A DNA stretch of 56,506 nucleotides, from NCBI RefSeq assembly GCF_006345805.1, contig NW_021833646.1:1-56506 (forward strand), given 5' to 3'. Shown in pieces: positions 37,401-48,700 of this stretch (positions are counted from its first letter, which is position 1; the number at the start of each line of letters is the position of its first letter). A program made the position numbers and the translations under genes. The notes beneath the pieces are model-generated. The model saw only the letters and a list, made by a program, of their open reading frames with translations, was not told the DNA's origin and made no database searches. The stretch is from Octopus sinensis (taxonomy: Eukaryota).

Positions 37401-40400
37401 AAACACAAACCTCATCAAGAAGACGTGTCATATATTCTGACGGTGGTGGCACTTGAAACTTTTCCATGCACAGTTGAGATGACACCAGCTTGGGGAGGGA
37501 GTTGTGGACAGAATTCATGGTTGTAGCTACACCGAAAATGAAGACCATTGGTAAACGACATTGGTAGGAGCTGGAAGAAAAAGGTTCTAAATTTTGGCAA
37601 AAGAAATGCATTTATTCATGTACAAATTGCAACATGTTATACTTGATTTTAACTTGTTAAAACTTTGGTGAGAATTATATTATGGGGTACAGCTAAAAGC
37701 TAGGAAGGGAAAATTTTTTTATAAGTTTTGATCTAACACTAAATTAAGGGTGCAACTTAATATGTGAGTAAATATGGTATTTATTTTGAGTTTTTATTTA
37801 ACAGACGGATTGATATTTATTGCTGCTAAAATAATTGTAGAGACGTGAAATTATGAATAAAAGTAGCTTTCTCTTCTTTCATAATCTATATTTGTATTTT
37901 ATGGATATTACAGCTAATGCATCGATTTCATAGGATTACGTTTATGTACCATGAAATCTATTCTAAGGAACTTATGCATAAACCACTCTGATTTCTCTTT
38001 GTTTTTAACTGAAAAATCAAGGGTGCAGCTCATATATGAAGCAAGGCTGATACCAAGTTGGAATATGAAGGGAAACAAATTTTGTACCAAGATTTAACAC
38101 TAAATTAGGCGCAGGAGTGGCTGTGTGGTAAGTAGCTTGTTTACTAACCACATAGTTCCGGGTTCAGTCCCACTGCGTGGCACCTTGGGCAAGTGTCTTC
38201 TACTATAGCCTTGGGCTGACCAAAGCCTTGTGAGTGGATTTGGTAGACGGAAACTGAAAGAAGCCTGTCGTATATATGTGTATATATATATATATGCGTG
38301 TGTGTGTTTGTGTGTCTGTGTTTGTCCCCCTAGCATTGCTTGACAACCGATGCTGGTGTGTTTATGTCCCCATTACTTAGCGGTTCGGCAAAAGAGACCG
38401 ATAGAATAAGTACTGGGCTTACAAAAGAATAAGTCCCGGGGTCGAGTTGCTCGATTAAAGGCGGTGCTCCAGCATGGCCGCAGTCAATTGACTGAAACAA
38501 GTAAAGAGTAAAGAGTATGTGATTCATGCATGAGTAAATGTGGTGGTTATTTTGAATGTTTATTCAGAGAGATTGGCATTTATTGCAACCAAACCAATTG
38601 TAGAGACGAGAAATTATGAATAACTGTAGCTTTCTCTTTTTCCATAATCTACGTTTGTACTTTATGGATATGGCAGCTAATGCATCTACTTCAAAGGGTC
38701 ACGTTTGTGTATCACAAACTCTCTTCCAAGGAACTGTTTTTATTCGTGAATAAATCATTCGTATTCGTTCTTGATTTTTAACTGAAAAAAACTTGGGTAC
38801 GACTTATACAGAGAGCAAAGCTGAAATCAAATTTGAATATGAAGGAAATTCCAAGGTGTGCGATTTCATCATCATCATCATTTAACGTCCGTTCTCCAAG
38901 CTAGCATGGGTTGGACGGTTTGACCAGGATCTGAGAAGCACCAGGCTCCAGTCTGATCTGGCAGTGTTTCTAGATGCAATTTATATGAATAAATATGGTA
39001 GCTATTTCGAAGTTTTATTCACCAGACAGATTGGCTTTTATTGCTGCCAAAACAATTGTAGAGACGTAAAATTTAAATAAATGTATTTTTCTCTTCCATA
39101 ATCTGTGTTTGTAGTCTCTGGAGATTGTAATTAATGCCCCTACTTCATTTATTAAGGGTATATGTTACAAATTCTCTTCTAAGGTACTGTATTTTCTTAA
39201 TGTATAAGTCATATTGCTTCATACTCTTTTACTTGTTTCAGTCATTTGACTGTGGCCATACTGGAGCACAGCTTTTAGTCGAGCAAATTGACCCCAGGAC
39301 TTATTGTTTGTAAGCTTAGTACTTATTCTATCGGTCTCTTTTGCCGAACTGCTAAGTTATGGGGGACATAAACACACCAGCATCAGTTGTCAAGCGATGT
39401 TGGGGTACAAACAGACACACACACACACACATATATATACATATACACGACAGGTTTCTTCCAGTTTCCGTCTACCAAATCCACTCACAAGGCTTTGGTC
39501 GGCCTGAGGCTATAGTAGAAGACACTTGCCCAAGGTGCCACACAGTAGGACTGAACCCAGAACCATATGGTTGGTAAGCAAGCTACTTACCACACAGCCA
39601 TTCCTGTGCCTATACTTGATTTTAACTGAAAAACTGAATTCATAAGCATCAAGAGATAAGAATCTTCATCAGAAGAAGAAAAACATGCAATAAGGATACA
39701 AAGATGTTAGTTCTAACCTGCATATCATAATAAAATCTTGCAATGGTTTCAAAGTGAATGATTCCAGGTCTTCAAATATAATAACTATGTTTGGTAGATT
39801 TGGCGAAGAATCTGCATTTACAGTGTCTTCATTTTCTGACCGTTTCTTTTTTGCAGGTGAAGGAAAATTTCCAACTTTCTATGAAAACAAACAAGAAACA
39901 CTAAATTCAATAAATGGCAGCTTTAAATTTCTTAGATTAATCATTACTAAATCAATCAACTGAAGGTGCATGGCTTAGTGGTGAGGGTATTTGATTCGTG
40001 ATCTTAAGGTTGTGAGTTCAATTCCTGGTGGTACGTTGTGACCTTGAGCAAGACACTTTATTTCACAATGTTCCAGTTCACTCAGCTCACAAGAATGAGT
40101 TGTATGTGTAATTCAAAGGGCCAGCCTTGTCACATTCTGTGCCACACTGAATCTCCCATTAAGGGTATACTCAGCCACTTGCATTTTAATTTCACAAGCA
40201 AGCCGTTCCATTGATTGGATCAACTGGAACACTCATCATTGTGATCGACGGAGTACCAATGACTTAATTACTGCTATAAGAATACCTTTCTGTAGAAATG
40301 GGTGTAAGAGAATTTATTGGAATCTGGGTTTTCTCGAGACTCAGAAGTCTTGCACTAGCTGCAAAGGAAAGACAAAAGATATTGACAAAAAAATTGTCAG

Positions 40401-43400
40401 ATGCCACTGAGAAAGCAACCCATTACATTTGGCTCAAGAGAGTGGTGCAGTAAGATCAAACATTGAGGATGGTAGAAACATCTGGCCCAGAGTCACAAAA
40501 TTTGACTCAACAAAGCCTCATGCTGTTGTGCAGAAGTTCAGTTGTCTAAACTGGATTGCGGCTGCTCTGGTATTGTGGAGGAAGGGGTTGAAACACCTCT
40601 AAAGCTGCTTAACGACCAAATGAAACATCGAGCCCTGCATTCAGAAATGAAGGAGAGCAGTACCTTCAAAACACAAGTGTTTACCCTAAATGTTCTAGAT
40701 TATTAACTCCTTCCTGTTTCCTTTACTCCCCTCCACAGCTGATATACAGTACATGCACCTTAATCCCAAACTCTAATCATCAACCACACTCTTTTTACTC
40801 TCACCTTTTCTATGTACTCCTATACACAGGTGTGTATGTGCGTTTGCCTGCAGTATCAAAAAGTAGTTGCTGATTGTCCAGTCAGCCATGTCAAATCAGC
40901 AGCAGCGAAACAGCTGTGCCCAATCATCCCATTCTGGTAAGGTATTAACCCCTTGATGCCAGTATTATCCGAAGCATGCAAGACACTGCTCCGGATTTTT
41001 TTTATCTAATGACTGGCCTCTGTGCTGGTGGCACGTAAAAAGCACCAACTGATCGTGGCCGTTGTCAGCCTCCCCTGGCACATAAAAAGCACCCACAACA
41101 CTCACGGAGTGGTTGGCATTAGGAAGGGCATCCAGCTGTAGAAACACTGCCAGATCAGATGGGAGCCTGGTGCAGCCTCCTGGCTTCCCGGTCGAACCGT
41201 CCAACCCATGCTAGCATGGAAAACAGATGTCAAACGATGATGATGATAAGGCCACACAAACACACAAGTGCCAATGAGCTCGCGTCTATTTACGTTCATC
41301 GTTACAATAACATAGCGTCGTACATGTGAAACTATGTGAAGCTATTTATCATGATATGATATGCATGAGTTATTCTGCCCAAGTTCAAAAAATAGCTTGC
41401 ATGTGGTAGAACTCAAAACACGGTATTATGCATGTAAATTATCTGCATGTCATTGGTCTACTGCTAGTCTCATGACTTGAACGTAACCGAAAATAGCTAA
41501 GATAATGTACAGGATGGTGAGCACGCACACGTCTAGAGATAAAGTACATGATAGTGAACATAAACATACGTCAGCCGCTAAAAAGTCCGTGATAGATGTA
41601 GGGCAGCTCTACATCGTATATTTACGTTAACTGCGGGTAGGCAAGCAAAAGTGTGATCGCATATTAGCGTGAACCGTTGTCAAGGGGTTAAGTCCAATAT
41701 GCCAGTCTCAGCAACTTTCATCAACTTTTTAATTAGTTTCTAACTAGCGCTATGACCTGGCAACGCTGGGTCATAGTGCTAGTGCATGCATATACAGCTG
41801 TGTGCGTGCGCACATACACGCGAGTACTGTCCAAATCTCCGACCAATCACATACAACTAGCTGGCATTCAATTGGCGTATCAAGTTGCAGGCATTTTGAT
41901 TGGGTTTTGGATAGAAAATTCACAAAAAAGTCACTTCTATTGATTTTTTAATGGCTTTGTGGGGTGACTGGGGAAATGTAAAGATGTGCACAACCACCCT
42001 TGGACGGTTTTGAATGACCATAGAAAGTGCGAGCCCTCTAACTGAAAAATTGTGGATTTGTATAAAGGACACACACAGAGACATTTTGCCGTTTATATAT
42101 AGAGATTAACAGACATTGAACAATTAATCTTGTACAAAAAAAGAGTGAATACAAATCACTACTGACCTTGTATTTATCATAATACCAATCAGCTAATGTG
42201 TTCAGGGTACATGGGGCAGATTTTGGATTCAAATCTTCCTCGTCATCTGAAAAGGACTGAAAAATTCAAAGTTAATCTAAGTAAGAAGTTAATCTAAAAT
42301 AAAGACAACAGAGAAGAAGAGGGAAGAAAAAAATCAGATATATAAAGAATTTGGAAATGACAGCATGAAATGAAATCCTAAAAGAAATAAATGGTGATAG
42401 AGATGAAAAGAGGAGAGCCTGTCAATACTTGAAAAGGTTGTGGATACCACTTTTTCCCCTTCATATAAAAAAGGGTGCGCAGTTAAGAAGTTTCAGAATC
42501 AGTCCCACTGTAGGATACTTATTTCTTTACTACCCGCAAGGGGCTAAACACAGAGGGGACAAACAAGAACAGACGAAGGGATTAAGTCAATTACATTGAC
42601 CCCAGTGCGTAACTGGTACTTATTTAATCGACCCCAAAAGGATGAAAGGCAAAGTCGACCTCAGCGGAATTTGAACTCAGAACATAACGGCAGACAAAAT
42701 ACCGCAAAGCATTTCACCTGGCACGCTAACGTTTCTGCCAGCTCGCTGCCTTCCATGAGGAAATATTACCTTGCTCGAAATCAGGTGAGGGTTGGTGACA
42801 GGAAGAGCATCCAACCATAGAAAATCTGCTTCAAATAAATCCCATCTGATATGTGCAAGTATGGAAAAGGGGATGTAAAAATGGTGACGAAGATGATGAT
42901 GATAACAACAAAATGTTGTAGTTGGTATCTTTTATCTTTTACTTGCTTCAGTCATTAGACTGTGGCCATGCAGGGGCACCACCTCAAAGAATTTTTGGTT
43001 GAATGACTTGACCTCAGTACTTTTACCCCAGTGTGTAACTGGTACTTATTTAATCGACCCCAAAAGGATGAAAGGCAAAGTTGACCTTGGCGGAATTTGA
43101 ACTCAGAATGTAACGGCAGACGAAATACCGCTAAGCATTTCGCCTGGCATCCTAACGTTTGTGCCAGCTCACCACCTGTAGGATACCTTCAGCAAGTGTC
43201 TTCTACTATAGCATCAGGCCAACCAATGCCTTAAGATTGAATTTGGTAGATGGAAACTGTGAGAAATCTATTGTATATATGTGTGTGCATGTACATGTGT
43301 TGTTTGTTCCTTCTCGAGCCATGTCTGGCTCACAAGGGTCGGTTTCCCGGTTTCTTGGCGTATAGGTTCCCCACCTGGACGGTACGCCGGTCCGTCACAG

Positions 43401-44711
43401 GTGAGCTGCAAGATGCAGGAGGAAAGAGTGAGAGAAAGTTGTGGTGAAAGAGTCAGCAGAAGTCCGCCATGACCTTCTGCCGGATCCGTGTGGAGCTTAG
43501 GTGTTTTCGCTCATAAACACACACATCGCCCGGTCTGAGATTCGAACTCACAATCCCTCAACCGCGAGTCCGCTGCTCTAACCACTAGGCCATGTGCCTC
43601 CACATGTACATGTGTATGTATGCATGTATGTGTGCAGAGTGTGTGTGTGTGTCCATTCTAGTCTTGGCATCACATGGTACTTGTGAATGAGTGCCACTGC
43701 CATTCAATTTCAATGTTCTGTGTAACCATATCTGATATGGAGAAATACTTACCTTCCTTGGAAACAGGTGAGGTGTGGTGACAGGAAGGGTATGAGCCTT
43801 AAACTCCATCCGACCCATGCAAGCATGGAAAAGTGAATGTTAAAACCATGACAATAATCATCATCATCATCCAGTTTTAAATAGGCAAAGTGTCCCTGCA
43901 TGTAGTTAGAGGTGACTAAGTGTTGGTGACAGGGGGAGCACCCAGGTATAAAAAATATCTACCTCAATAAAATCTGTCCAACCCATGCAAGCATGGAAAA
44001 GAGGAGGTTATGATGATAATGTCGTATATATGTATATATGTGTGTGTGTGTGTGTATATATATACACACATATATATATATATATATATATAGTGTGCTG
44101 TGTGTGCATGTGTGTGTGTGGATATGTGTGTGTATGCGTGTATGTGAGTATGTGTGTGTATGTGTATATATATTTTTCTGTGCGTATATGTATGTGAGGT
44201 CGTGTGTGTATATATACATGTGTGTATACGTGTATGCATGTGAGTGTGTGTATGTATACATATATGTGTATGTGTAGATATGTATATGTATGTGTACGTG
44301 TAAGTGTATATATATGTATATATATGTGTGTGTATGTATGTGTGTATGTATATGTATATATGTTTGTATGTGTGTGTATGTATGTATACATGTGTGCATA
44401 GGTATAAGTGAGAATCTCCTTATTTACCTAAAACTCTATTCCCCCTTTTTTTTATATATAGTTTTTTTATATATAGGTTTTTTTATTTTTTTATTTATTC
44501 TTCTATCTAATTTAACACTGACTCCTTGACCACTCCCCCAAGTATGATATTTTGCGCTATGCCTACCCCCAAAAAAGTTCCCCACCAACACCCCGTTAAA
44601 CCTGCCTAAATGTATAAATGCCAATACAATTCTTGTTAACTAGCTTCCTGAAGATTTCTCTTGAATGAAACAGTTCTAGTCCTGTAGAAGCTCCTTCTAT
44701 ATAATAAATAT

Positions 44712-44750
<39 letters not shown>

Positions 44751-45102
44751 CACGTAAGCGAACCATCTAAACGTGGCCGTTGCCAGCGCCACCCCAACAG
44801 GCCTCCGTGCCGGTGGAAAGTAAAAAGCACCATCTGATCGTAGCCGTTGCCAGCCTCGCCTGGCACCCGTGCCGGTGGCATGTAAAAAGCACCATCCGAT
44901 CGTGGCCGTTTGCCAGCCCCGTCTGGCACGTAAAAAGCACCCACTACACTCATGGAGTGGTTGGTGTTAGGAAGGGCATCCAGCCGTAGAAACATTGCCA
45001 GATCAGACTGGGCCTGGTGCAGCCTTCTGGCTTCCCAGACCCCAGTTGAACTGTCCAACCCTTGCTAGCATGGAAAGCGGACGCTAAATGATGATGATGA
45101 TG

Positions 45103-45134
<32 letters not shown>

Positions 45135-45693
45135 GTGTGTGTATACGTTTGTCCCCCCAACATCAAAAATACATACAAAAAAAATAGACCCCGAGACTCA
45201 CACTCCAAAATGTGTAATTACCATTTGAGAAGATTGATGTATAATCTGTCCAAGAACTTGCTGGATAATATTCCTGATAGTGGTACAGGTCTTTGAGGTT
45301 AATGATGCAACCAGGGGACTGATCTTCTGTTGAAGATTGGTGCGTAGATTGGAGAACATAACTGTATGGTCAGGAGTATTGACACCTAGAAGAGAGCATA
45401 TTAGATGTTGAGAAAGAGAGAGAGAGAGAGGTAGGGAGAATGATATACATGTTTGTGGTAACATAGGTTATATATCAAAAAGAAAAGTTTCATACAGGGG
45501 TAGGAGTGGCTGTGTGGTAAGTAGCTTGCTTACAAACCACATGGTTCTAGGTTCAGTCCCACTGCATGGCACCTTGGGCAAGTGTCTTCTAGTATAGCCT
45601 CAGGCCAACCAAAGCTTTGTGAGTGGATTTGGTAGACGGAAACTGAAAGAAGCCCATCGTATATATGTATGTATGTATATGTATATATGTATG

Positions 45694-45747
<54 letters not shown>

Positions 45748-48700
45748 TAAATTAGAGATAAAACCACTATTAGGCAAATCAAACAATGAAAAACTTAAGC
45801 CAATACATAAAATTAATTAATTTATATTATTTTAAATATATATCAAAAGTATTAAAAGTTTAATAAAAGATAATATATATATATATGTATGTATGTATGT
45901 ATGTGTGTGTGTGTGTATGTATATATTTGTGTGTCCGTATTTGTTCCCCCAACATCGCTTGACAACCAATGCTGGTGTGTTTACGTGCCCGTAACTTAGC
46001 GGTTCGGCAAAAGTGACCGATAGAATAAGTACTAGGCTTACAAAGAATAAGTCCTGGGGTCGATTTGCTCGACTAAAAGGCGGTGCTCCAGCATGGCCGC
46101 AGTCAAATGACTGAAACAAGTAAAAGAGTAAAAGAGTTACGCTCACCTGTAAACAAGACCGCAGTTGGTATCTCTTGAGTCCTTGTTTGCCTTGAGGCTG
46201 CACCTGTGTTGTTGCTTAGGCTGAAGTTGGTATTGCATGATTTTATGTACTTCAATAAACTGTTGAACAAGTCCTCAGTCATGTGAAACTGCAAATCCTA
46301 ATGGAAAATAAACAGGCATTTAATTGATTGAGCTCATCTTCTTGTACCTAGAGAATTCACTCTGACAGTGCACCACTACAATTTTTATCATCTTCTCAGC
46401 TCGAGTATATGTTTGTAAATCCTCGAGTATATGTTTGTTTATTACCCACAAGGGGCTAAACATAGAGGGGACAAACAAGGACAGACAAACGGATTAAGTC
46501 GATTACATCAAGCCCAGTGCGTAATTGGTACTTAATTTATCGACCCCGAAAGGATGAAAGGCAAAGTCGACCTCGGCGGAATTTGAACTCAGAATGTTAA
46601 AGACATACGAAATAGCTATTTCTTTATTGCCCACAAAGGGCTAAACATAGAGGGGACAGATAAGGACACACAAATGGATTAACGCGATTACATCGACCCC
46701 AGTGCGTAACTGGTAGTTAATTTATTGACCCCGAAAGGATGAAAGGCAAAGTCGACCTCGGCAGAATTTGAACTGAGAACGTAACGGCAGACAAAATACC
46801 TATTTCTTTACTACCCACAAGGGGCTAAACACACAGAGGACAAACAAACGGATTAAGTCGATTACATTGAACCCAGTGTGTAACAGGTACTTATTTAATC
46901 AGCCCCGAAAGGATGAAAGGCAAAGTTGACCTTGGCAGAATTTGAACTCAGAATGTAATAGCAGACAATATACTGCTAAGCATTTCGCCCAGCGTGCTAA
47001 TGATTCTGCCAGCTCGCCACCCTCAAAAATGTACCCTGGTGTCATGCAAATGGCACCCATACCGGTGACACATAAAAGCACCCGTTACACTCTTGGAGTG
47101 GTTGGCATTAGGAAGGGTATCCAGCCGTAGAAAACCATGCCAAATCAGACTGGAGCTTTCCAGCATGCCAACCCAGTCAAACCATCCAATCCATGCCAGC
47201 ATGGACAAAAGGCATTACATGATGATGATGAAGATGAAAGTAGACATGGTCATGTGGCTAAGAAGCTTGCTTTGTACTCAGGTGGTTCCGGGTTCAGTCC
47301 CACTGCAAAGCACTATAGCTCCAGGCCAACCAATGCCTTAGGAGTGGAATTTGGTAGATGGGGACTGGGAGGAAACCCAGTATATTTAAGTGTATGAGTG
47401 TCTTAAGGCTTGCTCCACCACCACTTGTCAACCGGTGTTGGTGTGTTTACATCCCTGTAATTTAGTGGCCGATAGAATAAGTACCAGACTTGAAATAAGT
47501 AACAGGGTCAATTTGTTCGACTACACACTTCAAGGCAGTGCTCCAGCATGGCCACAGTTCAATGACTGAAATAAATAAATAAACAAATAAATAAATAAAA
47601 ATATATCTACCTGGAATTTCTGGTTGATCTGATTCCAAGAATTTGTATGTGATTCATAGATTAAATTAACAATGGCGTTTCGGTTACATTTCAAAATTTC
47701 ATCTAAAACAAAAGAGAAAAAGTTCAAAAGCAGGATTATGACAATATCAAAATATTGGTTTCAAATTCTGGCACAAGACCAAGAATTTCGGGGGAGGGGC
47801 TAAATTAATTAAAGTGAACCCAGTGCTCAACTGGTACTTATTTTATTGAGTCCGAGAGGTTGAAAGGCAAAGTCAACCCCCCAGAGAAATTTGAACCCAG
47901 AACATAAATACTAATGAAATACCTATTTCTTTACTACCCACAAGGGGCTAAACACAGAGGGGACAAACAAGGATAGACAAACTGCTTAAGACAATTACAT
48001 CAACACCAGTGTGTAACTGGTACTTAATTTATCAACCCCGAAAGGATGAAAGGCAAAGTCGACCTCGGTGGAATTTGAACTCAGAACGTAATGGCAAACG
48101 AAATACGGCTACGCATTTCGCCCGGTGTGCTAACGTTTCTGCCACTAAGCATTTTGCCTGGTATGCAAACTTTTCTGCCAGCTCACGGCCTTAAAATATG
48201 GGTTTCATATTTTAGCACAAGACCAGCAGTTTCAGGGAGGGAATAAATCAATTATATCAACCCTAGTACAGTTCTATATTTGAGAGATGAGGAATTACGT
48301 ACGAAAAAATTGTGATCAGCACGATGGCCGAGTAGTTAAGGAGTTGGACTTACGTTCCAATGGACATCTGTCCACATGGGTTCGAACCCCACTCATGATA
48401 ATAAATTTAGGCACATTATTTATATGATTTACATTTGCTGGATATATGTCCTCATCTTGTTTGTTGTTAACACGTTTCAGCTGTGTCATCAGGTGTCTTG
48501 GGGAAATTTCGAACCTGGATTCTCATTCCTAAGCTATTTTTTGATAATGATGATGTTGTTGTTACCGAAGGTGACACACAGTAGGACTAAACCCATATTC
48601 ACATAGTTGGGAAACCAATTTCTCACCCACACAGACATATACCTACACCTATATACAGCCCCAATATCATCTTTTTATCTTTTCTTTAACTGGTTTCAGT

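Noticed and set aside
42246-42256. Alternative acceptor 10 nt inside exon 6 (ttttcag|ATGACG)
   Set aside because: Would shift the frame relative to exon 5
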